In this document: positions 48,990-63,308 of the stretch, piece after piece
How positions within the stretch are numbered: position 1 is the stretch's first letter
How the letters are laid out: the number at the start of each line of letters is the position of its first letter
Source of the DNA: Paraphysomonas bandaiensis
Lineage: Eukaryota; Protista; Chrysophyceae
Assembly: GCA_965644295.1 (NCBI GenBank)
Contig: CBFFRP010000238.1
Coordinates: 1-64,000 of the forward strand
Direction of reading: 5' to 3'
Length of the DNA stretch: 64,000 bases
The notes under the pieces: generated by a model
Database searches by the model: none
What the model saw: only the letters and a program-made list of their open reading frames with translations
What the model was told of the DNA's origin: nothing
Made by a program: the position numbers and the translations under genes

Positions 48990-50464
48990 AAAAAGTCATG
49001 TTATATTTTATAAAATATTTTCACTTCTACGAAAAAAGAATGTGAGCTCGTATTATTTTTGACGTTTATGAAACATTGCAACATACTAAAGAAGATCGGC
49101 TGATGAAGATGTTATCCTCGTAATTTAGCTAAATATTCATATATTTTTCATTTATTGCTGTGTATTAAATATATATATCATAATTTAAATATATATGGTA
49201 AAAATTAGCAGAGTGAAATAAATAAAATGATACTTGCTCGATAATCTACATGCAGCAAGTTGATTTATTAGTAGTTTCGCGTGTTGTTTTGCTGATAGTA
49301 TAATAATGGTATAGCGCTGCGAGCGATAATATGTGACGTGTGGTAAGAAAAGTATTGCAATTCCTTTGGCCGCTTTATTTGCAATTGTTGATGAAATATT
49401 AACGTCAAGTAAACCTTCTTGATTCTAGCTGTTTAGTCGCTCCAGAATTACTTTTGTATTCGATCCATTTCATGAATTATGGTTATCAAGTATCTAGAAA
49501 TATATCGATGAGTCCCTTACGACAATTTAAATCTATTGCTTGGTTAAAATCAATAGAGATGCATGTGCTTCAAATAGGGAACAATTTCATTGGCTTCCCG
49601 CTTCAACTGGCTATAGATTCTGTCCACAAAAAAAAACAATAGAAAAAAAGATGTTTTGGGTATAAAAACATGTATAAAACAATATGCTATCCTTATAGAG
49701 GAAGTCCTCATATGGATGATCACCACCAGCTCCATTAACAACAGCGTCACAGTCTTCTAACGGATACTATGCTTCCACAGCACCATTAATGCAGATACAC
49801 CATATAAAATAACACACTCAGAGGCGCATTAGTGGTGAACGCTTCTGTTTCAGTTGTATGGCTATTCAGGGTGCTCCATGCGGTCTATGCATGTATATGT
49901 GTGTGGGGGTTCTGTATGTATATGTGTGTATCTGCTGCGGTATTATTCATGTGATCATACGAGTCTCTCTCCTCATGAGGAGCACACACCACTATACACC
50001 ACTATGACCACACACTGTTGATAGTCCTCACTCGTGTCTGTGAGTAGAGGCAGCAGCAGAGCCTCTGAATCATGTACTCATATATGCATATATCCACATC
50101 ACATTCACTTCGAAGTGAGCCAGAGATATACACTCATATACGCACACGTATACCTATGTATTCCATATACACAGTATACAGAGAATACGTAGCTTGTATA
50201 TATGTAGGTAGGTAGGTAGGTATATGTATATATGTACAGCAGTACGTATGTACGAAGTTACGTACAGCAGTATTTGTTCACTGCAGATAAGCTACAGTAT
50301 CAAATCATATAAATTACAAAAAACTGAAATCGTTTCAAGATATTCCTCTATGTGTGGTGTAAGTTATCATTAATGTGTGTGGTATATTCATATAGAATCA
50401 ACTTAAATAAAGAATTCATAGTATCACTTATAGTGTATATTACCCCCCTGGCAATCGATAGAAT

Positions 50465-51279
50465 ATGGTTAGGCATAACAACGGTAAAAATATAATGAAT
50501 TTTATTATTATTATAATCAATCTTGTTATATATAGTCGTACCCAATCAACACTTTCATAAGGACTGGGACAAACGTGTGAAGACATGGTTCCATCAACCT
50601 ATTCAAAAGAAAATTCGTCGTGAAAGAAGGAAAATTAAAGCAGCTCGTCTTGCTCCTCGTCCTGCATCTGGTCCTCTTAGACCTCTAGTTCACTGCCCTA
50701 CTCAGAAGGTGAGTTACTCTTATATACATGCATACATACATATATAGATAAACATATACATGCATATATTTATATATATGTAGTAATATTTCTGTGTTTC
50801 AGTACAGCAGCAAGGTCCGTTCTGGTCGTGGCTTCACCCTAGAGGAACTTAAGGTGTGTTCTCTATGGAATTGCACGTGTGATTTATGTCTTATATCTGT
50901 ATAGGAAGCTGGCATTTCCGCTAAGCTCGCTCAGACTATTGGTATTGCTGTTGATCACAGGAGAACCAACAAGTCTGTTGAGAGTCTGCAGTTGAATGTC
51001 CAGCGTCTCAAAGAGTACAAGTCTCGCTTGATTGTATTCCCTAGAAAGAGCAACAAGCCCAGGATTGGTGATTCTTCAAAGGAAGACCTCGCCCAGGCTC
51101 AGCAGATCAAGGGCGACATTGTTGCCGCTCCTGTCGCTGAACCTGCTGTTACTTTCGGCACCATCACTGAGGATATGAAGGCTTTCAAGGCATACGGTTC
51201 TATGCGTGCTGCACGCAATGACGCCAAGCTTCTCGGTAAACGCTTGGTAAAGGCAAAGGCTGCTGAGGGTGACAAGTAA
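50465..51279 (+). CDS. RPL13: 60S ribosomal protein L13e (4 exons)
   Basis: MVRHNN|[11 protein letters not shown]...VKTWFHQP...[19 protein letters not shown]|[17 protein letters not shown]|EAGI...[13 protein letters not shown]...[16 protein letters not shown]. Confidence 0.97.
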
Positions 51280-52332
51280 ATTCCTGCATTTAAACTGTGA
51301 CATCGTTGAATTTGCCTATTCAAACCGTTTCGTCGTAATAAGGGGAGCATATATTATACAAATTTGCAGTATTTTGTAGTCACAGCGGAGTGGCTAACTT
51401 GATATACAATCTTGTTATGCGTCGTATCACAGTCTCACTCATTTTGACTTTGTTCAGCCTCAATTTAGTATTGCATGCACTAGAGTTTTGATGATGAATG
51501 CTCAATTAAATCCACGCCTGCACGTAGTTTGTAGTGTTGAACGAATGTGGAATTAAACTGAGTGCGTCAAAATAGTGAATTAGTATCTGATCCTCTGCAT
51601 AAGTTGAAAGCTATATGCGGGACAAATGGGATAAAATTCTCTGAGTTGGATTTACAATACATAGTATTCGTAGCAGAAAACAATGTTGAAGAAAATGAAA
51701 TAAAATTCGGAGTAAAGTCAAGAAACATTAGTCATGAGGACTTTTCTATTAAGACCTGTTGGAATACGTATGGTTCTCTAAGATAGTACTGTAGAATACG
51801 TTAAATACAATGTGAAAAACAGTAATACGTAGTCAATAGTCAAAGGTGCTATATAGCTATAACTGTGAAACTGAAGTATTATATCATGACGATTCAAGAT
51901 ACGGAAGTTGAGCAGTGGTTGACATGAACGAAATAATTTATCATGTTGTTGACATGTGTTACATGACAACACACACAATTGTGTATACAATCATAATAAA
52001 GTAATCTATCTAGTTTGACTAACTTAAACTTCTCTTACAACGATCTTAATCATCTGAAAATGGTCATTTGTCAATAAGACCTTCACTATATTACAACAAT
52101 AAGTCAAACCATATTAACTGTGAAAGCACCTTGAAAACGCATGTGAACATATTGACAATGATGAACTTGACATGTCCTATCACTTAACAATTTCACACGC
52201 TTGTACAATCATTTCGAAAACTCAAGTAAAATAACGATTCACACAGTGTATATAGTAGTACATATTTAAGGGATCATATATCTACTCAGAATAAGTACTG
52301 TGGTCTGTGGTACGCACACACGGCCACCACAG

Positions 52333-55300
52333 CTAACGCAGCCATAAATAATCGACACCAGCAACCCCAGACTCACAAGCATAAGTATCGTAGGTAGCAT
52401 TGTCATCCGCACTTTCATCTTTGCTTTCCACACTGCCGACTCCTTGTTCCACTAGTGACGTATCATCTGCCCTCTCACGGCCACTTTCAACAGTATCACT
52501 ACCAACCGCTCGCAGAGGTCGACCAGTGGGGAGCATCGCAGTCTCTTTTGCAGCACCGGAGGAAGATGAATCATGCGCTGCGTAAACCAAACCGACGGAT
52601 CGTCGGCGACGATTCTTTATTTCCATCGTTCTCTGATTCGCAGCATTGGCAACCGCTCTATCAGCGGCAACCTGATCGCGCTTATAGTACTCCCCCATCT
52701 CAACTACAATACCCAGAAACTCAGAGAAGTCTATCTGTCCACTATTGTCATCATCAACCTGATAGCAAAGTGTTTAAGGCAATGTGGATGCACATATTCA
52801 TATACACACTTTCATAAACAAGCGGATTTGGTCCACTTCATCCGGGATGGCTAGAGCCAAGACAGGTGTTATTTCAGCCAGCTGAGAACAAAATTTAGCC
52901 ACAAGTGCATTTCCAGAAAAATAACCGTACCGTTAGTGTGGCGTTCTTTGTTCTATCCACGATTTCGAATACTTCGAGCATATTATCTATCGCAGAGTCA
53001 CTCATTCTCAGTTCTTGTTGCTTTTCCCTAACTTTAGCCCATACATTGGCTTCAGCTTCAATACCTTCCTTCAAAAGCTCCATGCTGAGCATACGTTAAC
53101 CACACAAAACAAACATAATATCTATACCTGGTTATAATAATCCCGACGAATAACGAGACCAGTACCATTACGCCAAAAACTATAACTAGTACAAAGTACC
53201 TAGAGGAGATTAACAGCAAGATGCTTAACTTTAATCTGACCCACCATGCTGCGAACCACCTGCACATAAGAGAAACATCTAAGACTAATTCCTGCCTAAA
53301 GATATCTGCTTACCCTAACGCGTTAGGTTTTTCGCACAAACTATCATATTCTTCCTTGCCCGATTCATACCCATACAAGTCACAACCATACCTACAAAGC
53401 TGTTAACTCCGTAAAATGTAAGATGCTATCATACATGTTTGTCCTCGCTAGATCTGACCAGTTGGCCAATGTACATATCTATCATTGAAATAAAACCATA
53501 TCGCACTCGTAATACATTCAAACCTGAAATATTGATACAAACGCACGCCAAAGAGAGCCGAAATGGTAGTAGTCATTCTCAGCGAACAAATACACACCAG
53601 CAATAGCAACGTGGTAAAAAAATATACACATAATAAAAACGACGTATATGAGTGCTTTCATGGAACCGCCTATGGCCTGCATCATTATGTTAAGGTTCGA
53701 TATCCAAGTCAACAGTCGAAGTACTCTAAGTATGCGCAACACGCGAACCAAACCTATGATATATTAGATAGGTGCGTACGTTGCAGTATGAATCAAACCT
53801 AGATACTCGCTACCCGTCATCCCCACGGTAAAAAATGGTGTCCACGTCACAACGACGAGCACAATATCAAATATATTCCATGAACTATTGAAATAGGTCA
53901 TATATTCCGGATAGTGGGCAAGTAGCTTCAGTGCTATATCTACAGTAAAATAAACTTGCAACACCACCTGCGCAGCTACAATTGAAGTATATCGTTTATT
54001 CTTTTGCAAGACATATATTTCAAGAAAGGCTGCAAGGAATATCGTGAATGCAAAAATGATCTTATACACAGTATGCCCAGTGACGTTTCGCATCACAATA
54101 CTTTGTCGCTTGGCGTCAAAGCAATTCATTAGATTGTAGAACCAGTTGCCTATATTGAACCTGGAATTTTGCTTCTGCAGCAACACTCGTCTAGATACTG
54201 CATTGATATCGTCTACCTTCACAGTAGTTGTACGTTTGCGCAAATTTAATTTGGCTATAGCGGCCTCGTGTTGCTTCCATATTTGTTTTAGCATCAACAG
54301 CACGAGTTCAGGATCAAATCTATCGACAAAGTCTCCCTCATTGTCATTAACCTCACTCTGAAGTGAGCTATCCAATGAAATATCATCGCTTTCGTTATCA
54401 TCTTCGTGCTGAATCTGAGTAATTCGATCATTGATACCAGCCGTAACCGCAGCAACTGTCAGAGAGACCAGGATAAACCCACAAATGAGAATAAAAGTGA
54501 TGAATACGAAGGACGCCACTAACGGTCGTGCGACAGACTTCTCGCATATTGGTAGAAACATCTCTCCATAAGCCTCAATACTACGACCATTAATATTTTC
54601 ATAGGCAGTTCCGTTAAGTTCTTCTGCCATTTTGTAATAGAAGGGAGAGACATCACATCCGTACATGTTTATGTACATCACCTTTTCCCAATTCTGCGCA
54701 AGCACAGCGTTATAAAAAGTAAAGTAATAATGCCACTGCTTACATCCAAAGTAGCCATTTCAAAAAAAGTCCACATACTCATAGCAATCGAGCCGAAATG
54801 GAAGGGATCGTTTTCACTGAAGAGCGTGAGAGCGCAGGCTGCATATATGAAGAACACTACACCCAAAAGTAACCAGGTAGACATCAGTGACACAACTCCG
54901 AGACTGATACCACTCTATATATATATATATATATGAGAGAAAAACATATCTATTCAATCACAGAATTTACCATGAGTACGTCAATATGGGGCATATGCTT
55001 CAGCAACACAGTAGATATTACTAAAACACGAACCAATCTGCACCACAACCCAGCTTGGGAGTGACCGAGCATCAAGCACATTACTGCAATCAGGATCTCA
55101 ACCACTCCTGAATCCATTAAAATATCTACGTACTTCAGCTTCTCGCCAATATCCGTTTTAATAATTACAGTAGAAAACAAACTGGACAGTTTAAGAAATC
55201 CTTCAACGATGAAAAATATATCGACAATAAAATCAGATATTATAAGATTCCTTTTCGATTTATCAGACATATTTTCAGATGCTGTCATTGATAATGTAAC

Positions 55301-55573
55301 AAAAGCAATTATAATAATAATTCCTCGTGTTAATTGTATAGGTAATGATTCATAGAAATGACGTATATATGAGGATATCACCACTGCAGCTGATACAGTC
55401 TTTGAATGTGGTCTAATACTTGATTCACGTCGTATATCTTCACGTGTAACAGCTTTAGCTAAATTTTCTATTGCTTTAACATATTTGATTTGTTTCACTC
55501 TTTGTTCGTTACGTAATGCAGCAGCTTTAGTTATTAATTCAGAGAAATTGAGACGTCTCTTAGCAACAGGCAT
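52333..55573 (-). CDS. Voltage-gated cation channel with two 6TM repeats (multi-exon)
   Basis: Repeat 1: weak S4 WCRLVRVL and pore ENDPFHFGSIAMSMWTFFEMATLD|NW. Repeat 2: WNIFDIVLV, S4 VRVLRILRVLRLL, pore ENDYYHFGSLWRAFVSIFQ|ICTLANW, S6 LVSLFVGII. Confidence 0.85.
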
Positions 55574-55800
55574 ATTATTCTAGCTGATCATAATGTTCTT
55601 ACATGATATCTTTTATAAATTTTCATTAATAATATGATTTAGAGTGTGGTTATATATGTGTATGTATAGTGTGCTACTATGAGGAGTTTGATGTCTTGAT
55701 TCTATACAACTTTTCAGTGCAACTATTGGGACAAATCACACAACAATCATAATGGACAAAAAAAAACACTTTCCAGATTTACGTCAAAAAATAATCAAAA

Positions 55801-55919
55801 ACGGACAGTACCCGGACTTCGCACGTGGTCACCCACCGTACTACTAACCGGGCCAGATGCAACTTAACTTCCGCGAGCGGAACGAGAGCGGGTGCGGTTT
55901 GCATTGTATGACCGTCCAT
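55801..55919 (-). rRNA. 5S rRNA gene
   Basis: 119 nt: ATGGACGGTCATAC...CTCGTTCCGCTCGCGGAAGTTAAG...GGTTAGTAGTACGGTGGGTGACCACGTGCGAAGTCC...CTGTCCGT. The ends pair, a T-run terminator follows, and a TATA-like element lies ~20 nt upstream. Confidence 0.95.
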
Positions 55920-56414
55920 GTTGGGTTGACTTGATTTTATATATAGAAATACACTGCATTGTGTGCAGATACCGGTATGGTGTACAAATATATAGTATAT
56001 GCGAAGTATATAGCATATATTCTCCAATATTATACAAAAAATTGGAGTTTTCCAGTTATGTGTCTTGGAATTCCTTGACTGCTGCTGCACAGTACTGAGT
56101 ACTGTATGTATACCCGGTTATACGTATACGATAAGATATGGTAGTTCGTAGTACGTCAGTACTGTGCGAAATGAGCACGCTAAGTTCGATGTATGGTCGT
56201 ATATACGACAACAAAAAAAAACAGTTACTCTTTTTGTGTCAGACTGACCTACGAATCCCTCAACAAAAGATACATCAGACACTGATGATTCCTGATTTAG
56301 GCGCTTTATCCCTGATTGTTCTTGCACGAAAACGCTTCAGTCATCGCACGATACGTACTTATGAAGATAATCCGAAACAACATTATATGTGAGTCACTTA
56401 TTATTATTCCAAAG

Positions 56415-56941
56415 ATGCAGCAACCTGAGGAAGATACTTTTGCTATTTATGATCCTGACTTTGACTCCGCCAGCAAGTACGTACCAGCTGTGAGGATTCA
56501 CTACCGTGGCAATCTTATTGCACTCGCTGGGTTGAATGGAATTATTGTGTATTCCACATCCGAAGGAGATGCTGTATTAGGCTCATCCTACTGCACACGT
56601 GGACTCAAACTGAGGACCTTCCTTAGGTTCGAAGTTGATCGTTCATCATTGGAGTCTTTACTGCTATCTGCTCATTATATGAGCCCTTATAAATGTTGCA
56701 ATTATGGACTATCTTCTGTAACGACAAGGTTGAACACTGCGACCTGTTTTCAGTAACATTTAACATTCTCTTTAGAACTGGAGCTCAATTGAGCATTATG
56801 CTCGGTAACTCTATTATATATGACAGACCAAAGATTGACGATAAGAACTTAGCTACACGAGTTCAAAGTCAATATCACGACGACTTTAGTTTCGGAGATG
56901 CTTTTGAGTTGGCTGCTGTCGAGCAGACAACTGCTGCGTAA
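56415..56941 (+). CDS. Possible small multi-exon hypothetical gene
   Basis: Coding-like frames MQQPEEDTFAIYDPDFDS... and ...DDFSFGDAFELAAVEQTTAA; no family recognised. Confidence 0.25.
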
Positions 56942-57170
56942 GAGTTTGCTTTGTGCGACCCTATAGCAGAAAGTAATATCTGCGTATACTTAAACCCATT
57001 CAATGTAGTTTTATAGGTATTTTTCTGTTTGCTGTTTTTTGTACTTCGGAATATGTGTATGTGCTATCAGACATGCATAAGTATCATGCAGTCATATATA
57101 TTCAAACCACTTATATATAGTGGTGTGATTGAATTAGTAAGGAAATGCTTGTTTGCAATATGCAGTATAT

Positions 57171-57848
57171 TTATATCGCAATGAGTATTACGGTTTGCTT
57201 ATTTTTAATAAGATTAGTCTTTGATCTGTGACGCACATTTGGCGGCGTAAAAACTGGTATGTTCGTATAGTCCTCGAAGTCACAGCCGTCATTAGAATTG
57301 GAAGTATCTTCGTTTTCCAGGGAACTTGGTAGGTCTGATGATGTATCTAGAGTTCTGTCAACGACCGCATTTGACCAATTCACCTTTTACAGATAACTGA
57401 CTAGAGGAATAATCTATATAACTATTATGACTATTTAGCTTCAAATATCTTATAACATATATTAATTGACGTTGGAATGCTTGCTCAATGCTCTCCGAGT
57501 CAATAAAGTTTTGTATCAAACGAACTGAAAATCTTTTCAAGATTCAGTTTGGTTTCGTAACTAATTTTTAGTGCATTGCTTAGTGTGTTTGAGGTTGCTG
57601 GGCGTTGTAGTCATATTTGTGATGTAAACATGAGTGATAAACCCCTAGACAACAAGGTTACGTGACGTTTTCGAAGGGAATTTAAGAGCATACATGACGA
57701 TTGTGTAAACGAACGAAGGGTCCACATTGAGCGGTGGAGCCCTGACTATATATTTCTTTTTCTGTTCTCTAACAACAACTTCGTTTTTATCTGATCTATG
57801 CTTCATTGGTTTCACTATACCTGTTGTGTGATTATATTGCTCGCTCAT
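57171..57848 (-). CDS. Possible multi-exon hypothetical gene
   Basis: Chain of short minus-strand ORFs starting MSEQYNHT; no family recognised. Confidence 0.25.
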
Positions 57849-58923
57849 TAATGCATAGTTATATGAGAGTACAACTTATGACTACGTTTATGACTAAAAT
57901 TGATTGCATTGGATCACTTATTACTTTGACTAGGTATTTTTACCAAAATTAGTGGGACTAAGCAATTCCAACTAGGCTAGGATGAATATTATTTCCCATT
58001 ACATACAAGCAATAATAGAAGTACAGGTCATAAGTTCATATAGAATAAACAAAATCTGCAACCCTAATCTATCGAAGTGTGCAACATATCAAACGAAAAC
58101 TGTCGAGTAAGTTTCCGTTTATGGTCCACAGCATATAAGAGAGTCCATAACTGAATAAAGTAAAAGAGTCATGAGTTCGATAGACAATGTAATCGTCTCT
58201 GATCTCTCTATATCACTGTTGTGACCACTAATGTGCCTCTAAACCCCTTCAGATGTCAACCTGAGATCAACTCGTAGATAAGGAAACAGAATTTATTTAT
58301 TTGAAGATCTCTTAATGATAAGAGGGATTCAGTCAATTGTAATCGTTGACTGACTGTACTTTACAGACCATATGCTCGAATAAGGGTGTGAAACATTGCC
58401 TTGTAATCGGGAGACATGAATTTGTACTGGTGGGTTATATATACATGTACATGTAGAATTGTCCTCCTATATGTTCAATATATAAGTATTTTGTCTTTAA
58501 TGAACTTGACATGTACATCTGTACACACCAAGAAATTTCCTTTATGATTACAAAATTGCATCATCTATATGGAAAATTACATAGAAACTTGACAATATCT
58601 TTTTTATGTTGAAAATTTTACAAAAAAAAAACTTTTTACACCTGTGTACAACTACAGAGTAGAAGAGTACATGTAGTGGACAAACAAGTAGGAGACATAT
58701 CGATTTTATCGATTTATTTCATTGAAAAATCATCGCTTTTTCAATGAAAAGTTAAAAAAAGCGACTTTTTAATATAAAAACGATGATTTTTCAACGACAT
58801 CCACAACCACCTTCAGTACATATATAATCCACAGCTACTATCATATAGCGACAACAGTGGGAAGCATCTTAATATAACATTCAGATATATTCCATATTAC
58901 AAACATATTCTTAATAATCAAAT

Positions 58924-61900
58924 ATGTCAATCAATCATTCAAATGATACTATAAATATATTAGAAAATAATTGTAATCAATTATTATTTAAAGAATTATG
59001 TATAAAATTAGAAAAAATGAATCAACAATCACTAACAACCCAACAAAAATTAGATTTAATATTTAATAAAGGTTTAAAAACAATATTAAATGGTGGTTCA
59101 ATGTTTCCATTAATACGTTTATTATTACCACAAAATGAATCTGTTAGACCAAAATATCGTTTAAAACAAACAACTGTTGCAATGACTTATATTGAATCCT
59201 TACATCTTGAGAAATCTTCAACTGATGCATCTAGATTAAAGTTTTGGAAAAATCCAACAAAAGGTAATATTAAAGCATCAACATATGGTGCAGGTGATTT
59301 TTGTTCTATACTTGAAGATGTATTAAAATCAAGGATTACATTAGAGTTAAGTGATCATACAATTGGAGATGTTAATACAGTATTAGATGAATTGGCAAAT
59401 GAAAAAGATAAAGTTTCAGTTATTCGAATGAAAATATTAAATAAATATTCGGCATTAGAACAAAAATGGTTAATGCGAATTGTTTTCCAGGATATGAAGA
59501 TTGGTTTGAAAGATGAGACTGTACTTAAGAATCTCACACCTCTTGCGCTGCAAAGATTTAATGAGTGTTCTGACCTACGTTTGGTTTGTACTGAGCTAGC
59601 TAAGGGAACACTCTCAAGTCGGGTTGGTGAACAGGGTCCTACTGGAGTTGTCATGACCAAAGGAATTGAACTTTTCGCTCCCGTCTCGCCAATGCTCGCG
59701 AAGCGCTTCCACGAAAGCGGGCAAATTGTAGAGGTAGAGGCCGCTATGAAAGGGCATCCATTTGTAATGGATGTGAAACTGGATGGCGAAAGAATTTTAT
59801 GCCACATTAAGGATGGAAAAGGGATGTTCTATAGCCGCAACCAAACAGACTACAGCCGTCATTACAAGCATCTGCTGTCTGATGTGTTAGCCAACGTTAA
59901 GTGTTCAGCATGTATACTTGATGGTGAGGTATGCGCGTGGGACCCGGTGACAAAAAAATATGTTCCATTCGGTAGTAATAAAACAATGGCTCGACAAGAA
60001 GATGATGCACGAATAAACGGAGAGGAAATCGGTGACGATGACGGCCGCTTGGTATACGTGGTATTTGATATTCTTTACTTGGAAGGTTTACACGTGGATG
60101 GCATGCCTGTGGATGATATTTCTCGATTAGTCCCTCCAGAAAGAGTTGTCCCTAACTTGGATAATGTAACTCCTGCATGCCGCAAAGATGTTACTGATGC
60201 ATTCAGTCGCCCTAAATCTAGTCATAGCAGTGGTGAGATCCTACATCTACCGCTTCTCGCCCGGCGTACACTTTTGTCACTTGCTGTGAGTTTTATACCG
60301 AAACGTCTCGAATTCATACGTTCAGAGTCCGTGTCATGTAATGTAGTCTTAGAACGTCAAAACGCGGTGGAAGAGTTTTTTAGCCATGTTACTGGTGATG
60401 GCGAAGAGGGACTGGTGGTGAAGGACGGACTCTCCCCCTACCATCTCGGTGCCCGGTCAAGGCAATCCGGAATGTGGGTGAAAATGAAACCGGAATATAG
60501 TGACATGACCAGAGATCTCGACTTGATCATTTTAGGAGCGTACTATGGAGAAGGGAAGGGATATCGTGGCCAGGGTTTGTCTACATTTCTCTGCGGGGTG
60601 AAAGACGACTCTGATTCCCACTATGCAATGACGGCGTCGAACGAGCGCAATACTTCGTCGAGTCCAATCTTGAAGTATAAGACGCTTTGTAAGGTGGGCA
60701 CAGGGTATTCTGAGAGCGAACTGGATGAGATAAGGGCAAGACTCAGAGACGTTGCTGTGCCATGGGAGAGCAATAAGCATTTCTTACCGCCTCACTTCTC
60801 GTTCTGGAAGATTGGCAAGAATGATAACATTCCCGATGTGTGGATTCCTCCCGACAAGTCTATCGTTATTGAGGTTATGTGTGCAGAGATGACTCCCTCT
60901 ACACAGTTTTCCGCTGGATTTACCTGCCGATTTCCTCGTCTGCGAAAGATACGTTATGATAAAGACCTATCTGGGGTTATGACACTCTCAGAGACACAAG
61001 AGTTGATGCGGAATCTCCGTCTGGATGCCGCTGCTGCCGCTTCCAAGCGAGAAGTGAGCACGAAGCCCACTCGGGTAAAAAAAAAAGTGACCACAGTGGG
61101 AACGAGAAGTAGAGGGGGTCAAGTGGTGGCCTCTCAATTTTCCCTTCCAAAGTCGTCTGGAGAACTGAACAACGTCAGCAATGCATGCAACGGGTTAACC
61201 TTCTGTGTGCTTGAGAATGACTATAAATTACCAGAGGACTGCGCTGTTACGAAAGGTAATGGGTCATCTCTGATTGAAGCTGCTGGAAGTGATGGAAAGA
61301 TTAGCCGCGAGAAGGTATTGAGTATCTTTTTACTTGATAGTTGGCAAAATTTTGACTTCTGTATATAGGTGATCATGATTATTCAACAGCACGGTGGTGA
61401 GGTTGTGGCTAATCCATCCCCTAGCTGTGTTGTTGTTACAGGAGATAAACGGTGCGATTTACGTTCCTGTCAGCATTGTGCTTACATTGTGTATATGTCA
61501 CAGAACATTCCGAGTGAATAACCTTATAGAGTCTGGTAAAGTTAACGTTGTCCACTTCAGGTGACTTCTTTTTGAAGTCATTACTTTACTAACACAACTA
61601 CAGATATGTTGTGGACCTCATCACCGGAGCATGTGCTGGTGACCCCAAACCTACTCACTTTTTAGGTCTTACTGAAGGTTGTCTGAGAAAACGTAACTGT
61701 ATGAAATTTTTAATGGTGATCGTAACAGACACGAGGAAGATCTTCGCGGAGCAGTATGACTGCCTTGGAGACAGGTTGTTTGAGTGTTATTAGTGTGGGC
61801 TCTCTGATTTAACTCAAACAGTTTTTTTGATGAGCTGCAAGTCAGAGATGTACCAATGTTGTTTCGTCAGATAGATGACCTCTCGACAACATGGGATAAA

Positions 61901-62715
61901 GAGTTACGGTATGGCAAAAAGGAACCAGTTGTCACTCGCGGCAAAAGGAAAGTCAAAGTTGAAGAAGGAGCTAATGAAGCATCGTCTAGTATTTCTCGAG
62001 GATACGATAGTAGTATGCAGCTGTACAAGAAACTTAGGGGATTGGGGTAAGTCGTCGCTTTTGTATAATGTGTTTTGTTTAGCCACACCTCACTTGCTTT
62101 TAGGTGGAGGGAAGCAGCGTATGAATGCATGGACGAGATAGAGTGTGATGTACTATTAGATAACTCTTGTTGGAATATATTTTGGAGAAGCAATACTCTC
62201 ATAGTACGTAACTGTTTGTTGAAGCAGTGTGTTTTCATGTGATATATTCTTTTGATGAGTGCTTGTAGTATCTGGATATATACGAGGACTTGGGGAGCTC
62301 TTCTCCGAGCAAGATGTCAACGGAGTCAGACTTCCTTTATCGTGCCCTTCCCAGTGGGCAGTGTGAGCTATTTCGAGCGCGCCCTGTGCCATCTATGGAC
62401 TGTACACTAGTGGCGTTGCTACCACTTATTCACAGCAGAGGTGGGAGGGTATCACGAGACCTGACAGAGGATGTTACTCACATTATAGTGGATCCTGAAA
62501 ACTTGTCAAGAGCGCAACTAATTAAGGTATTTGCATGTTCTTTTGTAAAGTGTATACATTTGAATAATTTTTTGGGGCAGACGCGTTTGAGAGAGTTACG
62601 ACTGAAGCCAACATACCGCTTCGAAAAGAGAGTAGTTTCGCCCGAGTGGGTATATGAATGCATCAAAACAAAATCAATAATCGTGCCATCTCATAATAAC
62701 ACCGTGGACTTGTAA
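58924..62715 (+). CDS. LIG4: DNA ligase IV (ATP-dependent NHEJ ligase with C-terminal BRCT domains; multi-exon 3' half)
   Basis: IRLLLP, EQKWLMRIVFQDMKIG, PMLA, VKLDGER (adenylated Lys), ILDGEV, VFDIL, EGLVVK, WVKMKPEY, LDLIILG, CKVGTG, RFPR; BRCT motif RGGRV...VTHIIV...VVSPEWVYECI. Confidence 0.95.
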
Positions 62716-63308
62716 CATAGAGCCTCTAAGCAGCGATTTATACGAGTATATGTGGTGTGAAATTGTTATTTTGTACATATTTTAACTAGCAGTTGCTGGT
62801 TATTCTAATAAATTTAAACGTTACTTCCTTATAAAGTTTAGAAGAATAGTTTCTACTGTGTAGAAAGCTAGCTATTACACTGTACATTTAATGTCTTGTT
62901 ATCTTATATATTGTTAATTGTTAAACATCATCAGAACTCCTATAAATGGAGCTCTTCTCTATATAAATTATTAACTTTAAGTTAAGCTGTGACATTCTTA
63001 TATATACTTATACACTGGCACTGTTATATAAACATTATGATAACAAAGCAATACGGAATTTGTCAATCGATTGGTTCTGTTAAAAAGAAATATTGTGCAG
63101 TGCACTCATTAATCTGTCGGAGCAACGCATTTTGTACTTGTAGCTTTGTTTAACATTATAAGTGAAAAGAATACTATTTTCACATATTGTGCAATTGCAG
63201 ATTTATTCGATGAGATTATGTATTCTTATAGTTACAGAGTATGCAGGTGGTTTACTCGAGGCAGATTGTTTCTTTCTATATATTAAATCCGAAGGAGACA
63301 TCGACCAT

